A stretch of DNA of 64,000 nt from Ramazzottius varieornatus (taxonomy: Eukaryota; Animalia; Tardigrada), in assembly GCA_001949185.1 (NCBI GenBank), contig BDGG01000020.1:124001-188000 (forward strand). The letters are read 5' to 3'. Each line of letters begins with the position of its first letter. Position 1 is the stretch's first letter. The translations under genes and the position numbers were made by a program. Below are positions 24,274 through 37,600 of this stretch, in pieces. The notes under the pieces are model-generated. The model was given only the letters and a program-made list of their open reading frames with translations, was not told where the DNA came from and ran no database searches.

Positions 24274-27200
24274 ATGGTGCTCGCAATACTTCCTGCAAGC
24301 AAGTTTATTTTGGGTACCAAAGTCACCCCGCTTGACATCACAAGGGAGCATTATTTTAATGGCACAGTGGAAAAGATGATTCAGTTCGGAAACCAAGGCA
24401 AGCTTCTAGTGGTCGAAAATTCGAAGTTGATACTCCTGGCCGAGGATCTTACAGAAACGGACGAATATGAAATCGACGCCACGTGGACGGTTTTGGGCGT
24501 AAGTACCAAGCGAGAAAAGTGTTCTAACGTTTGAGGCCGTCCGCGACCGACTGAGCGAAAGTCTGTTTTTCCGAACTGTTCAGGGAACGATGTTTCTCTG
24601 CTGGGGTCTTGCGCATTTGTGTCAAAACATTAACGCTGTTTGTAGAGCTTTCATCGGGGAAGCTAGACTGTCGGGTGTAGGTTAGTTGGGCCAGCGGTAA
24701 AAATATTATGGGCGCTCTTCCGATAGTGGACACATGTCACCCAATGATCAGTACCAAACGGAGTGCAACCTAGCTCGGCTGCATTAATTTTTTTTGTACT
24801 TCTACAGTGTATGGTCTCTCTGGGCTGAGAAGATGAGTGTCAAATGATATACACCCCGTTCGGGCCAACTTGCTACCACTTGGAAGGACGCGTTTCAAAA
24901 ATTCGATTTGCGTCTTTCTTATCCATCCTCTCGCAATTCATACACAGATTTTCAAGCTCTTTCGACAAAGATATAGCTCATTCACATAAGTGGAAAACTT
25001 GTTCGGAAAAGTCGGTCAGTATGACTTCCGGTGGGAAAGACCTCTGTTCCTGACCGAAACGTCGTCTCTAATGTTCTGCGTTCGAGTGTCAATCCCCATC
25101 TCGATCCTAACATACGTGAGACTATCTATAGTGCCGCGAAAGACCAGAAAGCATCGCACGAAGGCCCAAACAACTTGGCCGATGAATTTTAACTATCAAA
25201 TTTGATCGTTTTGCCGGGGAACCTGCTTCCGCGACAAAAATCATAGCTCTTGTTCTGAGCGGCAGATCCATGCTATTAACCCAATTTGCTGTAGCCTGGT
25301 CTCTGTTCTAGCTATATTCCGCAAAGGTACCGCAGAACCTTACGCAAAACCGAAAAACGAATTTTGGGAACGGCCCTAAGAGGAAAGTTGTTGATTTTTT
25401 CTGCTTTCTCTTCCATTTCTTTCTTGCCGGTTTCGACTGTAAGTGATCGGGATTCTGACGGTAATTTTCTCCTAGGTAGCAAAACGGTTGGTGAATCCAG
25501 AAAAAATCGTTTCGAGGTTCTTCAGCAACAGAGTCGTGAGCGCCTCTATTTTTTTCGGTGGTAGCAAGTTACCCCGAACGGGCTATACTTGCAGAATAAG
25601 GAGAGCTTTCCATGTTAAAAATATCTAGAAAAATATTAGGGGAAGGCTCCGCACACCGCCCGTCACCACCATAGTCTCCTGATACCACCTTTCACCACCG
25701 TAGTCTCCCAATACCACCTTTCAATTCCAAATCATCACCATCGTTTACTCCGTACATCACTTTCTAATCAAGGGCTACCACCAGGGACTTCAAGCACCAC
25801 TTTTTGCCAGATTGGTTTCATTACTTAGCCTCAAGGAAGAAAGCTAGATCACGCATCTACCGCGATTGCAGGTGGCAAGAATTGTTTATCAACAACAAAA
25901 CCTTCAGGATCGTGAGTTCTTCCTGTCCTCATTCATAACCGCCTGCACGCATCTCTTAGAAACAAAAGTGGCGCGCAGGGATTCTAAATCCTAACTATTC
26001 AACGGTGGTGAACGAAAGGTGGTACGTCCAAACAAACAGTGGTGTAAAGGTGGTATCAGTAGACTACGGTAGTGTGAGGTGACGTGCGAAGACTATGGTG
26101 GTTTTGGGTGATGTGCGGAGCACTTTCCAAAATATTAGTGGTAGACGTTAAAAGTAGCACCATCTGAAGGCTTGGAGCAGGAGCAAGTGGTCAGACAGTT
26201 TTCCAACTACTCGTTTGCCGTTATAGCGTTTGCCGCGCTGGGATTTCGATGTATCACACCGAGATCCACAGCTCCATGTGAAAAAAGCTGGCTTTGGCTT
26301 CAGCAAGACTTTCCTCGTAAGAAAATAGTTCCGGCGGCCAGCCTAGCAGCTTGCTTAAATGCCGGAATCGAAATCAAGTTTGGACTTCAAAAATTCTTAA
26401 GTCTAAACCACACCTCTACGGGCGTCACTAGATCGCTGGTGACGTATTCCTGGCACGGACCCTTGGTTAACCTGGAGTATCGTCCAGGCAGTGGCCTAGA
26501 GAAAGCCCGGTGCAAACTACTCGATTCATTTTCCGGAGTTCGCTCAGTCGGTCGCGGACGGCGTCATTTCTCATACAAGCCGCTGGTCTCACGATGTGGC
26601 GTTGTGTAGTTTTGTCAGCCGGACAATTCTTGTTTGACGAGCAATGATGGGGGATATACGGTGAGACGAATATGGAATTTCAGTCGAAGCCTTGGCGAAA
26701 ACGCATTACGAAATCACTCGAATCCGTCATCGAACAGATACCTCTCAGCACTGACTGTGGAGACAAAACCCAATTTTTTGGAACTAGTGCATTCGACCGA
26801 TATTTCTTACCCTTTGACGGAAGAGACATATGTAAAAGACTACTTTAGCCAGTTACAGCAGGGATTCTGGAGCAGAGAGAACCAGTCAGGATTTTCTTTG
26901 GTTCTTGCCTCGAAACACCAAGAACTGCTTTATGTCGTTTATGTGCGAAAGAACGCTAATTCGTCCAGAACCTTTCTGACCTCGTACCGACTCAATCGAG
27001 CGGGTGATCTGGACCACTTGAACGATTCTCTCTTGCAATGCACTCGGCAAGTCGGTGCTTCTCAAAGAGTGTTCGATGTTGCTACAAGTGCAGTGATCGT
27101 GTTCCACGAGTTTTCGGAACAAATGGTCGGTGGATTGCCGGGTCTGTTTCTCTACGCAACCTTTACAGCTCATACCGGAGGTTCCCTCGCATCCAACCCC

Positions 27201-30200
27201 AGGACGGTGTTGTGCCGGTTTCCACTAACTCAGGTGAGTTTTCTTTGCGACTTACTGAATACTTGACTCCAACGGCTCACTTCATCGACTGCAAACGAGG
27301 GACCATTGGAATTTGTTCCTGGACTTGATATCGAAGGTTATTTCAGATGAGCGTGGGCTTTCCAAACGGAACACTTGTGGAATACCTTCCTCTATCTTAT
27401 GTTCGATCAATGACCCAAATCAATTTGGGCAGACTTCCTTATCTTGTACTGCAAGATAAGCAACTTATACGGGTCGTCAACGTAGGTTCCTCAGCAATGC
27501 AGTGGACGCCATCCATCAGGTTTCAAATATTGATTGTAGGTTGTGACCACAGTGCTGCACTTGCCACACGATGTAATCTGAGTTACTGTGCATCAGCGGG
27601 CGTGATAGTTAGTGAACATACCATCCAGTCCTTAACTGAAACCGGATGGATGGCGTTGGCTGGACTATGCATGCATGCATAAATTATGCTCGGGAATGGT
27701 GTCAAAGTGCATTACTGTACATGTATGGCTAGATTGTGTGGAGAGAGCAATCCTCAGATACTTCCCTGTCGGACATAACGCTTAGTTTCAATGAAACCTC
27801 TGGACATCTTTTCCGCATCAGACAGATGTTCGCTACCAACGACAGCTCGCTCCTAGTGTTGTCCGATCGACCAGATGGATCTGAGGTATGTTGATAACCC
27901 GAGATCGTAGGAAAGCATCCAGCCCAAAATATCCGCATGATTCTACTACACTGAAGCTCATAATGACCATGACTAGATCATCAAGTTCAACCTGGATCGG
28001 TGCTCCCTAAGAACTAACTGTGGTACATGTCTCTCGCATCTGGATGTGTATTGCGGGTGGTGCGTCTTGGAAAACAGGTAACATGCTTGGGGAGCGTACT
28101 GTGAGACGCGATGCTCAGTACAATGGCGGTCCATGCAAAGAGGCGTATGTTTATCGGCCTTATCCATACAGATGTTCAACTCGATCGTCGTGTCGGTCCG
28201 CGGCAGATGACGACGTGGAGGCACATAGAGCTCTTTGGCTGAAGGATTTCGTCAAAAACTCGTCCGACTGCCCCATCATTTATGCAGCCGGTTTCCAGCG
28301 GTACTTCAGTATTTATGATGATGATCCATCTGATTCAAAATATCAGGTACTTACATTGGCGCAGAAAGCGCGAGTACCACCACGAGTAAGTTACTTCGGT
28401 ACCAACGATCGACACCGTTGTGCCTTTCCCCGCCCGACCGATTGGGTTACATTTCCGGGTGAATACCTGAAATACCTCCCGTAAGGTATCGTTATCGCAT
28501 CTCAGTACTCTGTAAAGCATCGTTACTCCGAAATCGGTACCCCGAAATCGGTACCAGTTACACGTATTACCGGGTAATACCGATAGTGCGTCCAACACTG
28601 CCGCTTATGTAGTTATCAAAAGCATGCGTTAAAGTATCCTTTGCTGGAAACATTCTACAAACGAAGGATGGCGAAATTTGGGCAGAAATATCCATGCAGG
28701 GAAGAAAACTGGAAAAGTCGGTTTTTACACCAATTTCCTATGCATGGTTTGCAGTACAGGCCGAATCAGCTGTTTCCGCCACGCGGCTGTCTGTCCCTTA
28801 TGACTCGCCGACAGCCTCACTGACATACTATTGTTCACGAAGGTGTCCGTCAAACCAGTTTTTTTCCATTATCATGCGATGGCAACTTAATCTCTATTTT
28901 TTGTCGGCAAAATCGGTAGTTAACCTGGAAAACGTTGGCCTAAATTACGGCAAAGCTCAGATGCGTAAAGTTCGCATACCTAAAAACCCCAAATTTTTGT
29001 TCGTTTTCGGCACGTGGATCTGCGCGGCAGTCTCCCGCTTCCTGCTGCATGCTGTGCTGCTGTGACGAATTTCAGATTTGCAGCACAGCACAGCTGCCGT
29101 GCAGTACAACGCAAGCGGCCCGATCCCGTGCTCTAAGGCGGACTACAAACTGAAACCGCCTCGGCAGACCGGACATTTAGAGCGCGGTAACGCTACTCAC
29201 AAGGGGATTATGACTGTCCCCACTTGTCGACGGTCAAACCGTTCCGGCAAAACGACAGGACTATTTCTTCTACGATGTGACTCAGGTAGGTAAATCCCCC
29301 GATGATCCTGGAATGAACTATAGGACTCGGAAAAATGAACGTCCATTGACCGCTCCAGTATGCTGCAGTGACGCAGAGCTCTTTGACTGGGAGTGTTCAC
29401 TGAAGACATTACAAACACGTTGCTTAGCTGATCAACAGGATGACGGAATAGCGTGCCAAACCCGGTGAAGATGCATGAGGGCACACTATCAGGTTCGAAT
29501 CTGACGAAACAGCTGATCGGCTCAATTTCAATCCGTTCAATCAAACTTCCAAAGAGCTTACGTCACTGCAGTTTCTTCCCGGATTGTCAGGGGATTCATC
29601 TCCCTACTCATATCATAGAAGAGACTCTCCTCTATCGTTTCGCGGGCCGGTTTGACCGCTGAGAGGTGGGGACAAGCATAATCCCTTTGTTAGCTACTGT
29701 ATGCTCTCCCGAAATTCACGTACGTCACTGATTCAGACTGTTATGGTCACCGTATGAGAACTCCTTCTCTAGTTTTACACTTTGAATGGAGTGACGTACG
29801 TGAATTTCGGGAGAGTATACAGTAGCCAGTACTTTATTCTCACTTGGAAATTTCCCTACGTCACTCGAACGGTTTTTACAAATGATGCAAAAGTGAAATT
29901 GCGGTATCTGCCACAGTGGCAAAACCGTGTCGTCATTAGACTCAATCAAGGATATGCAATCAATCGCAAGCGTGTATTTAGTTTCAAACAAAGATTAATC
30001 AGCTGTTCAACAGAAGGCTTCTTCGTATCCCTCAGACATTCTTCTGCTTTGTCGGTTGTGCAAAGTCTTGTGAGTTTCGATGACGATGTGTATTAGATAA
30101 TGCCTTGTAGTGTTGATTTTACCTCTTAAAACTTGTGTTTCCTTGTGATTGTTTCGTTCTTGCTGTGAAAATTTTCGTTTAAAATGACGTAGTAAACTGA

Positions 30201-32171
30201 CGTAGAGCGAAAGCTGCCTGTTCGCTTCGCAAACTTTTTAACAAAAGTATAGCCTGTGACGTAGGGAAATTACTGGAGAGAATACAGTATACAGACCTTT
30301 GCCGTTTCCGGTACATTATACCATCGAAAAGCATGTCTTTCTACAAATTCAGAGTAATACTGCAATGCTTCATAAATTGCACGCGCCACGTCATATACGC
30401 GTGAAGTTGAAGCCCGGTGCGAAAATTATGCGTCACCAACCCCTAAGGGATGCTGCGCGCGTATATTGACGTAGCGCGTGAGGTTCATGAAGTATTACAG
30501 TAGGTAAAAAACTCCACTTTCGGCTTATGCTACTTCTCACCCAGGGTGTCTGTCCAGTGCAGCGTACCTAGATTCGTTTTCACCACCGGAGGTAGAGGAC
30601 TTTTTGCCACACAGCTTGGGACTGGGTGGTCAGATCTTGGTTTTATACCACATTGGTATGTGAACTATCGTCAATGTATACACAGTGTCAGAGAGTTGAG
30701 GCTTACTGTTTAATCCCGCGTCGGGAAACAATCAGGAACAAAAGCATGACCGGGGTGTAATCTGCTGGTACGATGACGTCGACGGCCAGTATATTAGCAG
30801 TGCAGACGGTCAGATCTCTTTTTTCTTTCCCGACAGCGGGATGAAGAAGAGTCAATCATAACTTTCTGACACGGCCATTCCGTATACGCTGACTAAATTT
30901 CATATACCATTGCGGTAAAAGTTACGATCTGACCACCCAGTCCCCGAACTGTATGGTAAAATGTGTTCGACCTCCGGTGGGGAAACCGAGCTTCAGCTAC
31001 TCAAAGTATCGTTTGACAGCAACTCCGACTATGAGTATCGTTGGCCAAACTATCTCCTCTATTCCCCAGTGCGGACTTGAGGCATCGAGCTCATACAGTA
31101 TGTTTCTGGCAGGCTTCATTTATCGCTACCAACCTTCCTCCGACTGGGGAATATCTCAAGCACATGCGGTGCAGGTACAGCTACACCGATAAAATTGACG
31201 ACCATTTTGATCACACGAACGTCACCTTCTTCAAGCATGGGACATCAAAAGAGTTACGAATGGAATGTGCGGAGCCTGCTGGACTGGTCACGAATGCCAC
31301 CAAATATACTCGTCGAGCCAACAATCCTGTCAAAGGTCATGCTGAAGTATCGCTGGTATACGTCTCACCGGGACCTGATACCCTTACATCACACAGATCC
31401 ACCTACGTACAAGCAACAACAAAACTTCTCTTCGTTGCATGTGAAACAGTGAAACGGTGCGACGAGTGTACTCAGGATTACCCCGTCTGCAGCTGGAAAA
31501 ACAACGGTACAGAATCATGTACTGCAAAACGGCGCGATTTTGCCCATCTTTCCTCTGTCTGTCCTCCACCACCTGCAGATCTGGTCGTAGTACGCGACAA
31601 ATTTGAAGTGGTACGTGATGAACCAAAAATCGTCCTCATCTACCCGAAGACTAATGGATTCAGAAACAATGTGGACATCAAGCTCTACTTTGAGCATCGG
31701 GATCTAATTCGGGATCTCAGTAAACTTGTTGTTCGAGTTGGCGAGAAATTCTGCTCACTCAGCGGTGACCGCAGCGAGAGGATTGTCGTGTGTAGCCTGA
31801 AAAATGTGACGAATTCGGGGAGCACAACTGTCAAAGCGTTCTTTGAGGGGAAAGAAATTCGTTGCAACGAATGTTCGTTTTCGTTCAGCTACGCTGTGAC
31901 CGAACGCATCATTGTAACTTTGGTGGAACCGGGATACGACTATATATCGGCCGGACTGATAGTTCTCGCAATCCTTGTGATTTGCCCGTTGAGCTATTCC
32001 ATAATCCACTTTTGCACCAAGACTCGAGATGAAAAGAAACTCAGGCGAGCCAGCAAGCACCGGATGACTGAATTGCTGTGTCCTCTCAATCACCACAGAA
32101 TGTTAACAAGAAGTTCGTCGACCAATCTGCTAGAGACATGCGAAGAATCCGCGACCACGAGCATGTTGTAA
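24274..32171 (+). CDS. Plexin/MET-like type-I receptor ectodomain (Sema, PSI, IPT/TIG, TM) with ~50-aa cytoplasmic tail; multi-exon, 5' start approximate
   Basis: Sema-like LLQCT...FDVATSA...LFLYATFT...RTVLCRFPL (26634-27233). PSI DRCSLRTNCGTCLSHLDVYCGWCVLEN|RCSTRSSC (27977-28200). Second PSI ACETVKRCDECTQDYPVCSW. IPT PKIVLIYPKTNG...VRVGEKFC...IVVC...FSFSY. TM YISAGLIVLAILVICPLSYSIIHF. Stop at 32171. Confidence 0.8.
25640..26129. mobile_element. Mutator-like (MULE) MITE in a plexin-like intron
   Basis: TIRs gggaaggctccgcaca / tgtgcggagcactttcc with extended complementary arms. 9-10-bp TSD (a)aaatattag on both sides. Confidence 0.8.
29197..30502. repeat. Three adjacent TIR MITEs (~29197-29693, ~29695-30290, ~30357-30502) in a plexin-like intron
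   Basis: Inverted end pairs caaggggattatg/cataatccctttg, tactgtatgctctcc/ggagagaatacagta and tactgcaatgcttcat/atgaagtattacagta. Confidence 0.65.
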
Positions 32172-32978
32172 GGCGCGGCAGCCCGTTCCCGGAAAACAAC
32201 ATCATGCCTCATCGAGCTCTTTCGCAGCCATGCACAACAAAGCGTCCACAGGATTTTTCCACTGTGATAATGGTAACCAGGACCGAAGGACCAAGGTTAC
32301 AGGCGAACAAGCCTAACCCGTATATCACAATTTACTATGTAACGTCGGGTTTGGATACGATATGAAAGATCGACGGACACGCAAGACGAGAAATTATGGA
32401 GACATTAGAGACTATGGGACAGGCCTTTTCGCTATGGCGATGCGGAAGTGGGATAGTAAATGTGCAACTCAAACCAATACACTTTTCGACCATTTTCTAC
32501 GCTTGATTTTTCACTTTGTGGCCTTTCCGTCTGCGTCATAGTTTTCACTGTCCCATAATTTCTCATCGTACGTGCGCTGCTACAGCTTGGAGTCAACGTT
32601 CTGCATGACAGCTTTCTCTCCGGGGAACTGTGATGGTTTCAATCAACCAAGTTCCCCGGAAAGACAGCTGTCAGCGAGAACGCACAATTGTACATCTCTT
32701 TTTATCATTACTCAAGTCTTCTCTCAGTTCTCTGCACAAGTACTTGGACATTTTCACAATATCACCCTCACCATACCGTAAACTGAACCGTGTGAGATTC
32801 GGGTAAATCGAGAAAACCAGAATAGGAAGAATAGTACCATTGAATATTAATTTGTTTTCCAAAGTAAACATGTGTTGGTGTCTAGCTATGTACAGTAAGT
32901 ATAATGAAGAAATTAGCAGCACACCCGAGGTCACATGACTCATAACGCAGGGCATGGAATTTCCGAATCAAGCTTTTA

Positions 32979-33323
32979 TCAGTTGATCGGTGGTTTGGTG
33001 ATAACTCCGACTGGGTGAGCATCCAATTGGCAACGGCAGTCGTAGGTGGCAGGCAGGTAGTACCCGCAGTCCAGTATAGTTTCGTACGCACTTCTTGCTT
33101 GATCAAAATGACTAACAACAACACATCCTTCCGTCTTCTCGTAATGCGGGTCATGGTTATTGATGAATATCTGGGGTTGCTCTGAAAGGCTTGAGCAGAC
33201 AAGCTGCACAGATTCCGTGCTTAGCGGGAAATAATCCACCAGCTTGGCATCGCACGTTCGTCCTACACATGGTCTAACTGTTATCCCAACAACGTAGAAC
33301 AGTAGTAATTGGAAGGCGTCCAT
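32979..33323 (-). CDS. Putative small secreted Cys-rich protein (114 aa), intronless
   Basis: MDAFQLLLFYVVGITVRPCVG hydrophobic leader, six further Cys, TATATAAA upstream at ~33550. No family recognised. Confidence 0.45.
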   Translation of the reverse strand: MDAFQLLLFYVVGITVRPCVGRTCDAKLVDYFPLSTESVQLVCSSLSEQPQIFINNHDPHYEKTEGCVVVSHFDQARSAYETILDCGYYLPATYDCRCQLDAHPVGVITKPPIN

Positions 33324-33833
33324 GTCGTGGCTGGAACACAGCAAATGTAGTGAAATCTGGGAAAAGATATGGTATATTGCAGTTGGTATGTGTTGGGCGA
33401 CTTCACGAAGAACGTTAAGGGCAAAAACTGATCTAAGCACCAACCAAGTTGCTACAAGTCCAGCTGTACAGAAGACAGAATATCGTGAAGGAAAAATAAC
33501 TGTTCAGCTTACAAGGAAGTACCACGCAACGACCAAAATAACTCATGTTTATATATACACGGTAGATGGAATGTGGAATAGTTTACGTTCACAGTCACTG
33601 AACGCCAAGCTCGAGCCGTACATTGGAAGTTGAGTTGGTGCACATGTTCTTTAGGCAGCCAGACTATGTTTTATATCATTTTGAAACCATCGAATGGCGG
33701 GATGCGATATCATAATCAAACACAAAGCATGCAGTCAATTCAGATGGTGGCTCATACGCGAACCACCATTCCGATCGTTGCATCGACCATCCTCTGGACA
33801 ATTTCAAACCAGATCGCTCGTTGGGTAAGTCAA

Positions 33834-34268
33834 TAAGGGCTTACAAAAATAGATTACACCGCTGGTGGAATTACAACGCTGGTGTAATTGGCTCCACCCA
33901 AACTCTTACGATTGGCCTATTCATTCCACCAGACATTACACTTTCGGTGTAATTACGAGTCGCTCCGGAACGACTCGTAATCACACCAGACTTAACCAAT
34001 ATCCCGAGTGCGCTGTGCTCCCCTCCAAACTTTCAAATGTCACTTCCATGACGAAGTTTCTCGCTACCCGTCCTACTGGTGAGTGTATGGTGGTTCCTCC
34101 GACATCAAAGATCTCATAATCCTCCGATTGTACTTACCTGCAGTGCGGGGCTTTCAAAGCCAGCGTTACACCGCTTTCCTAATTGGTCAAAAAAAATTTC
34201 TGGGTGTATCCACCAGAATAGCTGGTGTAATTACACCAGCAAGCCAGCTTAGTCTTTGTAAGCCCTTA
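33834..34268. mobile_element. TIR MITE (TA/TWA flanks)
   Basis: taagggcttacaaa / tttgtaagccctta ends with internal gctggtgtaatt/aattacacc repeats. Confidence 0.7.
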
Positions 34269-36917
34269 ATGAATCAGGTAAGATAATCCAGCCAATTCCA
34301 GTGGGCTTTACTCAAGTGAATTTCATTCTACCATGTAACCTATGATTACTTTTTTTACCGAATTACATCGCCTGATTACGATCACTAACAAGCACTTCGC
34401 GCATTCATGTGTCTGACCGACGACTACTGGGAGCGTAGCTCTTCGTGATAATACCCTGCTCTTATACATGAAACTAAATTTCAGTATCGCTATATCGTCA
34501 GAAGTATGACTTTAGAGGCCGCACGCGAGAAATAAACAGCGATTTCCGACAGTAAGCACATTGAAGCAATTGTAATCGTGTGCCTCGTCGTTCTGGTTCC
34601 CTGCGACAGCAAAACCCGCGTGTCTTGACTAAATTCGGAAGGAGTATGACAGTTGCTCGATGGACCGGCTGATCCAGTGCTAACGATGCCCATTACGTAT
34701 GCCGTTCCATTCCTAGTTCCACCTGGAAAATAGGAATTCCGCTCTGTTCCCGCTGAGCCCGATTTGGAACGCTGGAATTCCAAATCGGAATATTAGCACC
34801 AAACTGGAATTCCGCTTGTCAAAAACTCAGAATGCGATTTTTCACAGCTGAATCTTTATTTTTTTGCTCCAATCAGTCGAGTTCTGGTGTTATCTTTACG
34901 CATTGTATGGAATCTCGGCATGCGCAAGCAAACTCGGCAGAACTGTTTCCCAAGTGGCACACGGTGTCAATGTAACTGACTGGATGCGTGCGCCACTCGG
35001 AACACGATGTTACTGAGCTTGCTAGACGGGGCTAAACCGAGCTTTCGACTTGTTTTCGCCTCTTGAACCGCCATAGTGGAATTCCGATTTTTGAACTGGC
35101 CGTTCCGGAAAATGGAAAATAGGAACGGAACGAAATTTGGAATTTGTCGGAATTCCGTTCAAGGGAGCAAGTCAGGCGGAATGGGCATCCTTATCTACAT
35201 CGTGGCTCCACGCAGATCCTACATTGAAAAGGGTTCCCGTAGTCGTACTCAATATCGATCACCCAACATGATAATGCACGCACTCTGTGCGAATACCCAG
35301 GAGCTCGTTTGATATTCCAGTATCCTTCCATCGTTCTAAGATCATTACATCCTGCACTTCAGTTTGAAATATTTGCACCTAGGTCAGTACGTCGGAGAAG
35401 TTGACCGTCAGTTGAAGGACAGTTCCAGCTGCGGGGAGTCATAGGGGTGGGGCTAGCGCTGGTGTCTCAACGGCGGGAAACGAAACATTATCCATTAACT
35501 GTTGCTGACAACAGACTGGTCGTGGCGCATGATGAGGTAAGCGTTCAAGAATATCATCACTTTCCGTTCGCAAACGAAATTACAAGTAGTTGTTTCGTGT
35601 CACTTGATACCTAATTCGAGCTTGTTTGTTTCAGGGAACTAGCTAACTTAGAAACGCTCTGCGAAGAACGGTGCATAGATCCTTCATACCGTGGGACCTG
35701 TTCATCACTTACGAATCGAACAATAAATCAACACCCAGGAATTTTTTTAGATTCGCAGTTCCGTCGGCTGAAATTGTTCATGTGACAGGTTTCTCAGGGA
35801 AGATTTTCTCGCTTTTCCGTCTTCGTCTGCCTCAGACCGAGGTAATCTGGTCACCTCGTTAGTTTCACAACATGAGCCGATAACGGAAAAATGTGGTCTG
35901 CGCCTCCAAACTGGTGGACTGAACTCATCTGGCCGTCACGCAACTGATGGGCGCCGCGCAACTCAAATGGACGTCAATATTTGTTGCGCGCCGACGCAAC
36001 TGCATAACTGATACGGGCGCTGCGCTGGGGAAACTTATTTCTGCGTTCAAACGTATTATGCCCTTAAAGACGAATTTTTTCGCTTGGAAAATGTGCTCAG
36101 GGACACGTTTGGCCCGAACAGTCCTGGACCCAGATTTTGGAGATGAAATACAAGATGAAGGGGAAGATATTTGTGCGCAGACACGTAACGCTAGCAGAGA
36201 TGTTTATTCTATGAAACTGGAAGCGTAGAAAATTACAACAACACTTTGGTAGCTACCGTAATGTAAAGAATTTACGGGAGGAAGCCTGTGGCGTTGCGTG
36301 AGCCACTTTGAAAGCAACTGAGTTTTCTCCAGCTCCGACAACTTTTCCTGGCTTTTGAGGGCATTTCGAAGAATTTTCATTCTCATCCTGCCGATCAGAG
36401 CTCAAACAAATTCAATTCTACTTGAAAAACAATCATTCAACAGCTCGCCTGATAATAGTTTCATATGTTCAAGCAATTATCAACTCACATTACACTCCGG
36501 ATTCGAGAACGAAATTTTTCTTTCACTTCGTCCGATATATAATTAGACTGTTGTTCATTGTTTGATACCAGATGGATTTCTGGGACTCCACTTTGAATAT
36601 CTGGTAAAAATTATTTGTCCATGCCTCGAAAGTCTGGTCGGCGTCAATGCCTCAGATCGAGCTGCTCAACGGTAGTCAACATTCCGATAACAATCACCAT
36701 TTCAAAAGATGCAAGTTGAGCCGGTTTTCGGATTTCGGTCGTTAATTTGGCGGTTAAACTTATCTTGGCGCACTTTACTCCTATCTCGCACACGGAAGTA
36801 AGTGCCGGTACTGAAAGGCATCCTCTGGCAACTTACACCTATCAATGGTCGCAAGGTTTGCTGACCCTAACTTAGGCCAGAGCGACAACCCCAAACACCG
36901 ACACGAGCGATGGCACC

Positions 36918-37536
36918 TAGTGCTGGGATAAATATGATATATCATATTTATCGAAATATATCATGTCAGAGTGATTCGATACGCCAACAATATCATCGTA
37001 ACATCGATATGGACGGGATATCGCTGAGTGGAATATGATAACTGAAAATATCATATCGCGGTATATCGATATATCACTGATATGTCGATGAATCTCAAAC
37101 CCGCACCGAAAATCAATGCTCCGGTTCAGGGTGGCGCAGGTTTTCGACGACAGATATTGATAGATTGAGCACCGTGAAAACCCAACGTCACAGTTGTTCG
37201 CGGACTCGCAGCGGCTCGCATAATCTGGCTTCTGTGCCAGTTTCCTAACTTTTCATCGATCATGTTGGTGTCGTAAGATCCGGGATCTGACTGGAATGCA
37301 GGGTCCGACCAGTCTTTTGGTACCTTGTCGGCTCCCCTTGTTTGCGATAATTTTGACCTGTACCAGCCTAAATATCGTTATATCACCGAAATATAATTTA
37401 ATATCGAAAATGAAATATCAGAAACTTATCATATCGAAATCTCAATACGTTTGTGATATCGAAAGCGAAATATTAATATTGAAAGATATTATCACAAACT
37501 ATCATATCATATTTTATCGTATTTATCCCAGCACTA
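36918..37536. mobile_element. hAT-like MITE with GATATC-rich subterminal repeats
   Basis: TIRs tagtgctgggataaata / tatttatcccagcacta. TSD atggcacc / acggcacc (7/8). Confidence 0.85.
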
Positions 37537-37600
37537 ACGGCACCCAACAGCGAACCACAGCGCGAGAACCAGACTTTGTTTTGATTAAGATACAACACAA

